Part shown: one piece after another, positions 28,334-38,540 of the stretch
Position numbering within the stretch: the stretch's first letter is position 1
Layout of the letters: the number at the start of each line of letters is the position of its first letter
Origin: an uncultured Chloroflexia bacterium
GTDB lineage: Bacteria; Chloroflexota; Anaerolineae; Anaerolineales; Villigracilaceae
Assembly: GCA_963781625.1 (NCBI GenBank)
Contig: CAWAGT010000014.1
Location: 11,022 to 75,021 of the forward strand
Length of the DNA: 64,000 bases
Reading direction: 5' to 3'
The notes under the pieces: model-generated
Told to the model about the DNA's origin: nothing
Seen by the model: the letters and a program-made list of their open reading frames with translations, nothing else
The model's database searches: none
Made by a program: the position numbers and the translations under genes

Positions 28334-29590
28334 ATGAATGTCCTGCGCTCCTTGAAGCATCGCCCTTTTGCGTTGTTGTGGGCAGGCCAGACCACATCGC
28401 GTTTGGGTGATAGTCTTTACCGGATTGCACTGGCATGGTGGGTGTTGGAAAAAACTGGTTCTGCTGTTGCGATGGGAACCGTACTCGTCTTTTCCCAGAT
28501 TCCCATGTTGTTGTTTTTACTGGTAGGCGGTGTAGTCGTGGATCGTCTGCCGCGTATTCGCATCATGTTTGTTTCAGATGCACTGAGTGGTTTGGTCGTT
28601 GGATTGATTGCTGTTTTCACCTGGCTGAACGGTTTACAGATATGGCATATCTATATCGCCAGTATGCTCTTTGGGTTTGTGGAGGCATTCTTTTTCCCTG
28701 CGTATCAGGCTGTGATTCCACAACTCACGCCATCGGAATTATTGACCAGCGCCAACTCGTTAAATGGTTTGAGTCAACGCGTTACCGGAGTTATTGGTCC
28801 CTCGTTGGGTGCGATCCTGGTCGCGGCGGGCGGCACCTCCCTGACCTTCGGGTTGGACGCGCTGTCATTCTTTATCTCCGCCTTTTGTGTTTTACCCATA
28901 CTTCGTTCCAACCTGGACAAAAACCAAACTGAGGCAAAGGTCTCTGAAGCGGCGGGCAGGAAACAGCCCGCGCCAGAGGCGCTTCGACAAGGCATTCTTG
29001 AGCTGCGTGCGGGATTCAAGTTCGTCGTCACCATCCCATGGATTTGGATCACCATCCTGCTCTTCGGATTTGTCAACATCATGGTCGCCGGGCCAAGCGC
29101 GGTGTCAATGCCATTCTTCATCAAGGACGACCTTGGCGCGGATGTGGAATTACTGGGTTTGTTCAGTTCTGCCACATCGCTGGGCTTTGTCCTCGGTATG
29201 ATCTGGCTGGGGCAATATGTTCACCTTCATCGTCGGGGCCCGCTTGCTTATTTTTCTGTGACCATGACAGGAGTGACCCTCCTGCCGTTTGCATTCAAAT
29301 TGCCCGTTCCAATTTTGATGGCAGCCATGCTCATCAGCGGACTTTCGCTCTCTGTTTTCTCGCTGATCTGGACTCACACCCTGCAGGAAATGGTCCCTGT
29401 CAAAATGCTTGGGCGCGTATCTTCCATTGACGCGTTGGGTTCTTTTGTTTTATTGCCCATTGGTTTTGCCTTGTCAGGCTGGGCGACGGATCTGCTTGGC
29501 GCACCAACTGTGTTCTTGGTGGGTGGTCTTGGGGTGATCATGTTGACGCTGCTTGGTCTATCTCATCCCGCGATTCGCAACCTCGATTAA
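28334..29590 (+). CDS. MFS transporter
   Basis: 418 aa, about 12 TM segments, with a GGVVVDRLPRIRIM loop motif between TM2 and TM3. Confidence 0.85.
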   Translation: MNVLRSLKHRPFALLWAGQTTSRLGDSLYRIALAWWVLEKTGSAVAMGTVLVFSQIPMLLFLLVGGVVVDRLPRIRIMFVSDALSGLVVGLIAVFTWLNGLQIWHIYIASMLFGFVEAFFFPAYQAVIPQLTPSELLTSANSLNGLSQRVTGVIGPSLGAILVAAGGTSLTFGLDALSFFISAFCVLPILRSNLDKNQTEAKVSEAAGRKQPAPEALRQGILELRAGFKFVVTIPWIWITILLFGFVNIMVAGPSAVSMPFFIKDDLGADVELLGLFSSATSLGFVLGMIWLGQYVHLHRRGPLAYFSVTMTGVTLLPFAFKLPVPILMAAMLISGLSLSVFSLIWTHTLQEMVPVKMLGRVSSIDALGSFVLLPIGFALSGWATDLLGAPTVFLVGGLGVIMLTLLGLSHPAIRNLD

Positions 29591-29617
29591 TCACGCCAAT
29601 CGGGAGAAACCAAAACA

Positions 29618-30460
29618 ATGAAACTTGGCATCGTGACCAATTCGACCTGTGATTTGCCCCAATACCTGATCGAACAATATGAGCTTGAGGTTATCCCTTC
29701 CATCCTGGTTTTGGATGGGAAAGAATATGTGGATGGGACAGGCCTGACGCGCGACGAGTTTTATAGGCGATTGCCAGCGCTGCGCTCTGTGCATCAGCCG
29801 ACCACTGCTGCGCCTTCGATCGGTGAGTTCTTATCCCGTTACGATTCCCTCTTCAGGCGCGGCTGTGACCAGATCCTCTCCCTTCACGCTGCAGCCACGC
29901 TGACTTCCATCCTGAACGTTGCGCGCCAGGCCGCGAACGATTTCCCGGGCCGCGTCACTTGTGTGGATAGCACCTCGCTCTCGTTGGGCCTCGGCTTTCA
30001 GGTACTGGCCGCGGCCGAGGCCGCCGAGCTGGGACTGCCAGCCGCGCTCGAGGCGCTCGCCTCCACACGCCAACGGCTTCGCGTCTATGCCGCCTTGGAT
30101 ACCATGGAGAACTTGCGTCACAGCGGACGTGTGCCGGCGCTGATTGCCATGCTGGGCAGTCTGTTGAATATCAAGCCGTTGATCGAATTGACAAATGGAG
30201 AAGTCAAAGCTGTCGGCGCGGTACGCACTACCAGTCAGGCGAACGAAAGAATGCTGGAGCTTTTGCTGGAATCCGATTCCCTGGAACGATTGGCAATTTT
30301 GCATACTGGCGCTGAAGGCCGTGCCAGGGAGTTTCTCAATGAACTGATGCTAAAAGCCAGCCAATCGATACCGCGCGATATTTTGCTGGTGAATGTGACT
30401 ACAGTCATTGGCACGCATGTCGGCCCAAATGGCTTGGGTTTTGCAGTGGTAAGGAAGTAA
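29618..30460 (+). CDS. DegV-family fatty-acid-binding protein
   Basis: KLGIVTNSTCDLP N-terminus and a 280-aa DegV-like layout. Confidence 0.85.
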   Translation: MKLGIVTNSTCDLPQYLIEQYELEVIPSILVLDGKEYVDGTGLTRDEFYRRLPALRSVHQPTTAAPSIGEFLSRYDSLFRRGCDQILSLHAAATLTSILNVARQAANDFPGRVTCVDSTSLSLGLGFQVLAAAEAAELGLPAALEALASTRQRLRVYAALDTMENLRHSGRVPALIAMLGSLLNIKPLIELTNGEVKAVGAVRTTSQANERMLELLLESDSLERLAILHTGAEGRAREFLNELMLKASQSIPRDILLVNVTTVIGTHVGPNGLGFAVVRK

Positions 30461-30513
30461 AAAATGGTTGCGTACGGGATTGAAAACCGGTAAGATAAGG
30501 ACAGGAGTTCCCT

Positions 30514-30834
30514 ATGACTTTAAATACTCGAAAAGTTCTAAAAAAGCTAAAAATGGAACTGCTTCGAATCTGTGGGGAGCAACTTGCCAGCGTCATCCTT
30601 TATGGCTCGCAAGCGCGTGGCGACGCCCGTGCTGACTCAGATATAGATGTTTTGATGGTCATCCAGGGTGATTTTAATTACATTGAACTATTAAAGCGCT
30701 CTGATGATCTGGCAGCCTCTCTTTCTCTTGAGAATGACATTGTTATTTCGCGGGCCTTTGTTTCAGAAAAAGATTATAAGGAAAGGCAAACTCCATTCCT
30801 TATGAATGTTCGCCGTGAGGGAATTGCAGTATGA
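30514..30834 (+). CDS. MNT-type nucleotidyltransferase antitoxin
   Basis: LYGSQARGDARADSDIDVLMV (GS-x9-DxD). Overlaps the start of the downstream HEPN gene. Confidence 0.85.
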   Translation: MTLNTRKVLKKLKMELLRICGEQLASVILYGSQARGDARADSDIDVLMVIQGDFNYIELLKRSDDLAASLSLENDIVISRAFVSEKDYKERQTPFLMNVRREGIAV

Positions 30835-31214
30835 AACCTGAAGCTCAGGAATTAATGGATAAAACGGTGCGAAGTTTGAAAACTGCAGAGAAAATTCTCA
30901 AAGATGGAGAAGTGGACTTTGCCGGTTCAAGAGCGTATTACGCCATGTTCTATGTGGCGGAGGCACTGCTTTTGCAACGCGATCTTTCTTTTTTCAGTCA
31001 TTCCGCAGTAACTGCCAATTTTGGAAAAGAATTTGCAAAGACCGGAATCTTAAATCCCAAATTCCATAACTATCTTATCAAGGCTCAGGACAGGCGCAAT
31101 ATTGGCGATTATGCGATAGGCAATCATCTCACCCAATAGGAAGTTCGCGAAATGCTGGCATGGGCCAAGGAGTTTATCAAAGCAGCCGAGAGTTACCTGA
31201 GGCAGGCGTTTTGA
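30831..31214 (+). pseudogene. HEPN-domain toxin with an in-frame TAG at 31137-31139
   Basis: The HEPN-like helices YAMFYVAEALL and QDRRNIGDYA precede the TAG. The same frame then reads EVREMLAWAKEFIKAAESYLRQAF before a TGA at 31212-31214. Confidence 0.6.
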
Positions 31215-31281
31215 TGGAAATCTAAAGCAGGATTGGTTCAGCCAGTAGGGGATAAACATTTCCCCATGATAAAATAATCTC

Positions 31282-33807
31282 ATGCAACCTTCATTGGAAA
31301 AGTTACGAAAATTCTTCCGTCTTGAACACGAAAACGGATATAGCAACAACGCCATTATTGGCGGCCTGGCCAAAATGCTCGATTACTGGGAGGGGGAGGC
31401 TCGTGCGGATCATATTCAGGAAGAAGTCATTCAGGCGGTTGTGCAGCGGCTTCGCTCTTATGACGGACTCAGCCCCCAGTCGCGTGCCGACGCGTTGAAA
31501 GGGCTGTGGAAACGCATCGGGGAAACGTATCCCGAAGCGCAGCACAAACAACGCGGCCCTGCGCCTCGTCAGCATGCGAGCGAAGAGGTGGGCGAAAGGC
31601 ACGCCGAGCGGACAGAGCCTGGAGCACAGGCCTCTGAAACTCCCCAGGCGGAACCTCAAAGACAGGAACGCCATCAGCGTCCCACACCGCCACCGCGCGC
31701 CGAGACCACGCCCGGCGCGAAGACCTCTGCCACGCCAGCCGCACTGGATGCAAAGCTGACGGTGCTTCAGGGAGTCGGCCCGCGCCATGCCGAGACCTTC
31801 GCCAAACTGGGTCTGCAAACGCTCGGCGATATGCTCTACTACTATCCGCGGCGCTATGACGATTATTCACAACTCAAGCCCATCAAGGATCTGTTCTACA
31901 GCGAGCAGATCACAGTGATCGGTACGATCCAGAGCGTGCATACCCGACCGATCCGCAGCGGCAAGGCCTCGATTGTCGAAGTGATCATCAGCGATGGCAC
32001 CGGTGGCTTGCGTCTCTCGTTCTTCAATCAACCCTGGCTGGCCAACCGCTTCAAGTCGGGTGATGCCATTTCCGTTTCGGGCAAGGTGGATCAATATCTT
32101 GGCCGTCTGGTTATGAACGGTCCGGACTGGGAATCCGTGGATGTGGAAAGTTTGCACACCAATCGGATTGTGCCGGTGTATCCACTGACCGAACGCATCA
32201 CGCAAAAGTGGCTGCGAAATGTGATGAAGCAGGTGGTGGAATACTGGGCGCCCAGGGTGGCGGATGCGCTGCCCGATAGTGTTCGTTCGTCCGCACACTT
32301 GACAACGTTACCGGATGCCTTGATGCAGGTGCATTTCCCTGATTCACAGGAGCAGCTGCAGGCCGCCCGCGAACGCCTGGCCTTCGATGAAATCTTTTAT
32401 CTGCAGATGGGCGTGCTGCGCCAAAAGCGCGACTGGAAATCAGTGGAGGCCAGACGCTTCCCTGTCTCCGACGAATGGCTGGATGCGCGTTTAAAGAGTT
32501 TGCCGTTCACCCTGACTTCTGCCCAGCAAAACGCGCTCAAGGACATTCGCGCCGACCTCGACTCGGGCAAACCGATGAACCGGCTCTTGCAGGGTGACGT
32601 GGGTTCCGGTAAAACCGTCGTCGCCGCGTTGGCCACAGGCATGATCGTCAGTAATGGTTCGCAGGCTGCCATTATGGCGCCCACCTCCATTTTGGCGGAG
32701 CAACATTATCGCAACTTTACACGTCTATTGGCGGGCGAAAATGGAATCCTGGAGGAGGGCCAGATCCGCCTGTTGATCGGAGACACCTCTGAGGCTGAGA
32801 AGGAGGCGATCCGCGCAGGCCTGGCGGAGGGTGCCATCAAAATCGTCATCGGCACCCACACCATCATCGAGGAGCCGGTTGTCTTTCAGGATTTGCAATT
32901 CGCGGTGATCGATGAACAGCATCGCTTTGGTGTGGAACAGCGCGCCGCGCTGCGCACCAAGGGTACCAATCCCCATCTGTTGGTGATGACCGCCACGCCC
33001 ATCCCGCGCTCCCTGGCGCTGACGTTGTATGGCGACCTGGATTTATCCATCATGGATGAGATGCCGGCCGGCAGACGTCCCATCGATACCTTTGTGCTTC
33101 GTCCACAGGAACGCGAGCGCGCCTTCACCCTGTTGCGCGGACAGATCAAAGATGGCAAACAGGCTTTCATTATTTATCCGCTGATCGAAGAGAGTGATAA
33201 GGTTGATGCCCGCGCCGCCGTGGATGATTATGAGACTCTTTCGAATGAAGTCTTTCGCAATTTGAAGCTGGGACTATTACATGGTCGTATGCGTCCTGCG
33301 GAAAAAGACGAGACGATGTTGAAGTTCCGCGACAAGCAATATAACATCCTGGTTTCGACCACGGTCGTCGAAGTGGGCGTGGACGTGCCGAACGCGACCG
33401 TGATGCTGATCGAAGGCGCGGATCGTTTTGGCCTGGCGCAACTGCATCAGTTGCGCGGACGCGTCGGGCGTGGCGCGGATCAGTCCTATTGTTTGTTGAT
33501 TCCCACGCATGAAGACGCTGCTGAGAATGAACGCTTGCAGGCGATGGCCGAGTCGAATGATGGCTTCGTGTTGGCCGAAAAGGATTTACAACAACGCGGC
33601 CCCGGCGAATTTCTGGGTACCAGACAATCCGGGTATGCGAGCGGCTTGCGCATGGCCAGTATCACGGACGTGAAGTTGATCGAAAAGGCGCGCACCCAGG
33701 CGAAGAATTTGTTCGAGCAGGATGCCGATCTTTCCCAACCGGAACATGCTTTGCTGGCCGAAGCCTTCGGCAGATTCTGGGGGGAAGGCAAAGGGGATGT
33801 AAGTTAA
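31282..33807 (+). CDS. recG: ATP-dependent DNA helicase RecG with a ~165-aa low-complexity N-terminal extension
   Basis: LQGDVGSGKT, VIDEQHRFGV, VMTATPIPRSL and QLRGRVGRG helicase motifs. Confidence 0.92.
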   Translation: MQPSLEKLRKFFRLEHENGYSNNAIIGGLAKMLDYWEGEARADHIQEEVIQAVVQRLRSYDGLSPQSRADALKGLWKRIGETYPEAQHKQRGPAPRQHASEEVGERHAERTEPGAQASETPQAEPQRQERHQRPTPPPRAETTPGAKTSATPAALDAKLTVLQGVGPRHAETFAKLGLQTLGDMLYYYPRRYDDYSQLKPIKDLFYSEQITVIGTIQSVHTRPIRSGKASIVEVIISDGTGGLRLSFFNQPWLANRFKSGDAISVSGKVDQYLGRLVMNGPDWESVDVESLHTNRIVPVYPLTERITQKWLRNVMKQVVEYWAPRVADALPDSVRSSAHLTTLPDALMQVHFPDSQEQLQAARERLAFDEIFYLQMGVLRQKRDWKSVEARRFPVSDEWLDARLKSLPFTLTSAQQNALKDIRADLDSGKPMNRLLQGDVGSGKTVVAALATGMIVSNGSQAAIMAPTSILAEQHYRNFTRLLAGENGILEEGQIRLLIGDTSEAEKEAIRAGLAEGAIKIVIGTHTIIEEPVVFQDLQFAVIDEQHRFGVEQRAALRTKGTNPHLLVMTATPIPRSLALTLYGDLDLSIMDEMPAGRRPIDTFVLRPQERERAFTLLRGQIKDGKQAFIIYPLIEESDKVDARAAVDDYETLSNEVFRNLKLGLLHGRMRPAEKDETMLKFRDKQYNILVSTTVVEVGVDVPNATVMLIEGADRFGLAQLHQLRGRVGRGADQSYCLLIPTHEDAAENERLQAMAESNDGFVLAEKDLQQRGPGEFLGTRQSGYASGLRMASITDVKLIEKARTQAKNLFEQDADLSQPEHALLAEAFGRFWGEGKGDVS

Positions 33808-33819
33808 TTTAGGAGAAAC

Positions 33820-34338
33820 ATGGTCAGAGCATTATTCCCGGGTACGTTCGATCCCATTCATTACGGCCATATCGATATTGCCGAGCGAGCGGCGCGGCTG
33901 TTCGATGAGATCGTCATGGCGGTCTACGACAAGCCATTGAAGACCTTGATGTTCGCACCCGAAGAACGCATGGAGCTTGTCCGCCAGTCGTTCAATGGCA
34001 ACGCAAAGATCAAGGTGACCGGCTATAGCGGTCTGACGGTGGAGTTTGCGCGTCAGATCGATGCGCAGGTGATCGTGCGTGGTCTGCGCGTGTTTTCCGA
34101 TTTTGAATTCGAGTTCCGCATGGGCCTGGCGAATCAACGTCTGGCCAGTGACATCGAAACGGTGGCCTTCATCACTGCCGAGGAACATACCTTCCTCTCC
34201 TCCAGCACGGTCAAGGAGATCGCTTCGCTGGGCGGCGATGTTTCGAGCATGGTGCCCGCCCATGTGGATGAAGCGTTGAAGGCCAAAGTATTGAACCTGG
34301 GCGATGGACATTCGCTCCCCAACGCGTTACGTGATTAA
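33820..34338 (+). CDS. coaD: pantetheine-phosphate adenylyltransferase
   Basis: ALFPGTFDPIHYGHIDI (T/HxGH) and ISSSTVKEI motifs. Confidence 0.92.
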   Translation: MVRALFPGTFDPIHYGHIDIAERAARLFDEIVMAVYDKPLKTLMFAPEERMELVRQSFNGNAKIKVTGYSGLTVEFARQIDAQVIVRGLRVFSDFEFEFRMGLANQRLASDIETVAFITAEEHTFLSSSTVKEIASLGGDVSSMVPAHVDEALKAKVLNLGDGHSLPNALRD

Positions 34339-34380
34339 AAAATGCGATAGAATTGGAAGCATCCGTTAAACGGAGGCGTT

Positions 34381-34875
34381 ATGGACATCCTGCAATTGAT
34401 CGACCGGCTGGAAGAACTCTTCAACGAGAGCAAGAACGTGCCCTTCACCAAGAATGTGATGGTGGATGAAGACCGTATGCTGGACATCATCGACCAGATG
34501 CGCATTGCCATCCCGGAGGAAGTGAAGAAGGCCCAGCAACTGCTCGGTCAACGGGACCGCGTCCTGGCGCAGGCGCAGGAGGAAGCCAACCGCACGTTGG
34601 AGCTGGCCCGTCAGAAGGCGGATCAACTCGTGATGAAGGATGGCATCACGCAGGAAGCCCAGCGCCGCGCCGAACAGATCCTGGCACAGGCGCGTTCCGA
34701 GGCGGAGAGCACCCGCGCCGATGCGGATGATTATGTGCTCGACAGCCTCACCCAGCTACAAGCGGAATTGGACCGGCTCAACAACCAGGTGAACAATGGC
34801 ATTCGCACGGTCAAGGATGAACAAGCGCGGCGTACCTCCACTTCAGCGCCGGTATCTCCGCAGGCGGAAAAGTAG
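34381..34875 (+). CDS. conserved coiled-coil protein, function unknown
   Basis: 164-aa ORF rich in heptad-like E/Q/R/A repeats. GGAGG RBS upstream. Confidence 0.5.
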   Translation: MDILQLIDRLEELFNESKNVPFTKNVMVDEDRMLDIIDQMRIAIPEEVKKAQQLLGQRDRVLAQAQEEANRTLELARQKADQLVMKDGITQEAQRRAEQILAQARSEAESTRADADDYVLDSLTQLQAELDRLNNQVNNGIRTVKDEQARRTSTSAPVSPQAEK

Positions 34876-35129
34876 GTAGCGCGGAATAGCATTCCGCATA
34901 GGTTATGAGGCCGCCGGGGTTTCCACACCTGCAGGATGTGCCAAGCAAATCATGTGCGGTGCCAGTGTATGGTCGAGAAGAACGCTCGACCTACTCAACC
35001 ACCGGACGGCGGCTTGAGCCAAGAGTCAAACAAAAAGCCAACCCATTGAACCGGGCTGGCTTTTTTCGTTATAACCTTCGGATGGCTAATCATGTCGTTC
35101 TAGCGAAGCACACCGCTACGCTGCAGTGC

Positions 35130-35213
35130 AGGTGAGAATCCCGCCGCATAGCGGCGAGACGCTTCTTTTGGTTTCGATACGGGTGAGAAGTACACTTACC
35201 CTACTCAACCAGC
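35130..35213. repeat. extragenic repeat of the GGTTTCGATACG...ACTCAACCA family
   Basis: 35170-35213 aligns with 60510-60556. A shorter related copy lies at 34975-35003. Confidence 0.6.
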
Positions 35214-35215
35214 AT

Positions 35216-36290
35216 TCAGGGTGACCAGGGAGGTGTTTCTTTTTTCTTTTCCTGCTCGGCCTGTCTGCCGAACCAAAATGCCGCAACCGGGTTGCGTTTG
35301 ATGAACAACTCATAGATCAACACGGAGCCGGCCACGCCCATGAAGAACCCGATCCAAATCGAGAGCGGTCGATTCTCGATCACGGCGTAGACCTTCTGTC
35401 CCCAGAAGTCCTGAATGGGCACGTGGAAGATCAGGATGATGAGCGAAATCTTGCCGAAGTAACTGAACAGCGAGGTGAGTTTACCCGTGCGCAATTCGAT
35501 TTGCCGGGACAGAGCCAGGATGAAGAGGATACCGAGCAGCGACTCCAGTGTATTGAGGGGATAAGACTCATATAGCCGCGTGTTGAAGTCGATGCGCGCT
35601 TTGAAAAAGATATTCAACAGAAACAATCCCGCGCCGCTGCCGAGCAAAAGGAAAAGATTGTCGAAGGTTTTTTCGCTGATCAGCGGCTTGATCTCGGTGC
35701 CCAGGATGAAGAAAAATCCGCTCAGGAGCACGAGGTCGAGGCTGAAGGGCAGACCCCATAGTTCATATGTTTTCCCGGCTACGGAAAGCGAGAATGGATA
35801 AAAGCTTTGCAGGAATAGACTGGAAATCGCAAGAGTTCGCGAGCAATACGATCCAGCGCAGCCAACGGTTCTTAAACTTGCCAAAGAGGAAGAAGAAAAA
35901 GAAGGCATACAGACTGACCACGAATAAATGCGGCAGGAACCATAACTGCACCCAGTCGATGTAATGCCCGGTGCCATACAGTGACTTGACGATGCGCTGG
36001 ATGGCCGTTTGAAAGCTCATCTTCTCGAAGGAAACGGAAGTAAAGTAGATCAGAAAGAGGGTAAACAAATAGGGCTTCAACAAACCGTTGAAGCGCTTTT
36101 TGAAGAACTCCAGGAAGGGGATGGCTGGATTGAGGAACAGACCCGACAGAAAAAAGAACAGCGGGATGTGAAAGGAATAGATGACCTGATAGAAGAAGGG
36201 CGAGATGAATCCGAAGTCGTTGTGACCCAGCACCACCAGCAAAATACCGATGCCTCTGGCAATGTCAATGTATACGATGCGTTTGGGCAT
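35216..36290 (-). pseudogene. acyltransferase-3 family membrane protein, split by a frameshift near 35820-35860
   Basis: N-terminal part MPKRIVYIDIARGIGILLVVLGH...FHIPLFFFLSG in one frame. C-terminal TM segments continue in the overlapping ORF 35216-35977. Confidence 0.7.
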
Positions 36291-36314
36291 GGGAAAAATT
36301 CCTCTGCCCTGATT

Positions 36315-37184
36315 TTACCCCGCGAAGGCGAAGGCCGGCATCCCTTCCACATTGGTCTCCAGACGGAACACGCCGCCGGTCAGCGGATACTGCGCCAACG
36401 CCTCTGCGTCCAGTTCCTTGCGGGCGGAGGTGAGGTAGAGTTCGTTCAGGTTCTTACCGCCGAATACACAGCAGGAGACGTTCTTCGCAGGGACGGGGAT
36501 CTGTTCCAGCAACTGGCCGGTAAGCGGATTCCATTTGGTGACCTGTGCGCCGCCCCACATGGCGATCCATAGATTCCCCTGGGTGTCGGAGGTCATGCCG
36601 TCGGGCCAGCCCAAAGCTCCGGGCACGGAGACCGCCACCCTTCGACCTCCGAGCGCGCCCGTTTCCAGATCATAATCAAAGGCCTGAACCTGGCGCGTGG
36701 GCGTGTCGATGTAATAAAAAGTTTTGTAATCGGGGCTCCAGGTCAGGCCATTGGAGATGGTGATATTCCCCAACAGTTTTGTTGTTGAACGTCCATCGCA
36801 GGAGTAGAGCGAACCGGTTGGCTCTTCCTCGTTGAGATTCATCGTTCCTGCGATGAAGCGGCCGCGCGGGTCGCACTTGCCGTCGTTGAAACGGTTGGTT
36901 GACGGTTCATTCTCCAGGTAGATGAGAGGCGTCAATTCAAGGGACTCCAGCTCGAGGCCCGCGAAGTTGAGGCGTCCTTCCGCATCGGTCAACGCCAAGA
37001 CCAGGCCTCCGTTTTCACGCGGGACCAGGCAGCCGATCAAGCCATCCAGTTGAAGCAGGATGTTCCCTTCGGCATGGACGCGCTTGTCCAGAATATCCAG
37101 CCAGTAGAGGGTCTGCGTGTGCGCGTCCCAGACCGGGCCTTCGCCGAGACGTGCTTTTGCATCGTAGAGCAGTTCTGTTTGCAT
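36315..37184 (-). CDS. SMP-30/gluconolactonase/LRE-family protein
   Basis: LGEGPVWD...LYWLDI, FNDGKCDPRGRF and PDGMTSDTQGNLW motifs. Confidence 0.88.
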   Translation of the reverse strand: MQTELLYDAKARLGEGPVWDAHTQTLYWLDILDKRVHAEGNILLQLDGLIGCLVPRENGGLVLALTDAEGRLNFAGLELESLELTPLIYLENEPSTNRFNDGKCDPRGRFIAGTMNLNEEEPTGSLYSCDGRSTTKLLGNITISNGLTWSPDYKTFYYIDTPTRQVQAFDYDLETGALGGRRVAVSVPGALGWPDGMTSDTQGNLWIAMWGGAQVTKWNPLTGQLLEQIPVPAKNVSCCVFGGKNLNELYLTSARKELDAEALAQYPLTGGVFRLETNVEGMPAFAFAG

Positions 37185-37226
37185 AGTATGTTTGCGGTTC
37201 GCAGGGGCGAGATGACCTCGCCCTTA

Positions 37227-38180
37227 CTAAAACCAATCCCTTTTATAGAAGATGAAGATTGCCAGGGCGGTGAGACTTAATGAAATGCCCAGCACGGTGA
37301 AAAAGGCCAGCGGATGCTGTTCGCCGGGCAGGCTGACGTTCATGCCATAGAAGGCGGCCACCACCGCCGGCACATTGATGATGATCGTGATGGCGGCTAG
37401 GGCCTTCATCACGCCGTTCAGGTTGTTGGAGATGATCGAGGCGAAGGCATCCATCATGGAGGCAAGGATCTCGGTGTTGATGCTGGTCATCTGGATGGCC
37501 TGCTGGTTCTCGGTCAGCACATCTTCGAGCAGATCCGAATCCTCTTCGTAATAGTTGAAGATCTGTGTGCGTTGGACGCGCTCCATCATCACTTCATTCG
37601 AGCGCAGGGCGGTGGCAAAGTAGGTGAGACTCTTCTGGTACCTGAGCAGTTCCATCAACTCACGGTTGCGCGTGGACTTCTGCAACTGGTCCTCGATGGC
37701 CTCGGTGGTGCGGTTGATCTCCCGTAAATGTGTAAGATAGCGCGTGGCCGTTTCGAGGAAGATGTACAAGGCGAAGCGATAACGCTTGCCGGTTTTGAGC
37801 AGACGATATTTGCCGTTGGACAGCACCGTGAACATGTCCTTGTCGTAACGGCAGATGGTGACGATGGTATTGCCTTTGATCATGATTCCCAGCGGAATGG
37901 TGGTGTAGGGGATGTCGCTCTCCGGCTGGCTGTGCGGGATGCGGATCAGGATGAAGGTGTAGTCTTCGTCCCGTTCGATGCGCGGCATTTCATCCAGATC
38001 GAGGGAATAGTTCACGTAATCCATGTCGATCCCCCAACCGACCAGTTTTTGCGTTTCCTCGGGGGTGGGGTCGACCACTTTGACCCAGGTGCCATTGGCC
38101 ATGGAGTCGAGTTGTGCGAGTCCCTGCTCGGTGGTTTTATAAATGGTGAGCATGACTACCTCCTTGCGTGATTTCATCAC
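37227..38180 (-). CDS. corA: CorA-family magnesium/cobalt transporter
   Basis: C-terminal YGMNV signature followed by two TM segments. The exact start is uncertain (several ATG codons at the 5' end). Confidence 0.88.
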   Translation of the reverse strand: MMKSRKEVVMLTIYKTTEQGLAQLDSMANGTWVKVVDPTPEETQKLVGWGIDMDYVNYSLDLDEMPRIERDEDYTFILIRIPHSQPESDIPYTTIPLGIMIKGNTIVTICRYDKDMFTVLSNGKYRLLKTGKRYRFALYIFLETATRYLTHLREINRTTEAIEDQLQKSTRNRELMELLRYQKSLTYFATALRSNEVMMERVQRTQIFNYYEEDSDLLEDVLTENQQAIQMTSINTEILASMMDAFASIISNNLNGVMKALAAITIIINVPAVVAAFYGMNVSLPGEQHPLAFFTVLGISLSLTALAIFIFYKRDWF

Positions 38181-38540
38181 GCAGGGAGCGCGCTTAGCTC
38201 CTCCGTGATGTCAATTTATGGGTCTTGCGCCGCGTACCGCGCCCGACGGCTGGTACTGGGCGGCTGGCTCTCGCTGGAACCTGAATCGTTCTCTTCCTTG
38301 GGAAACATCAATAATTATCCTTGCCACATTAACAGTGCAAGTATTTTACGCCCGTTGAGGGGATTCTACAACGATATGGGGAGTGATTCGTAACCCCGGC
38401 TGTTTTCCACGATTAATCACAGGGCAACTTTCATTGTTGAGTCTAATAACACTGTTCTCTCCCTTACTCCGCTGACCAGGAACTCCCTATATTCCTTTTG
38501 AAATATATGGCATACTTACACAAAGTAAACAGGAGCCATC

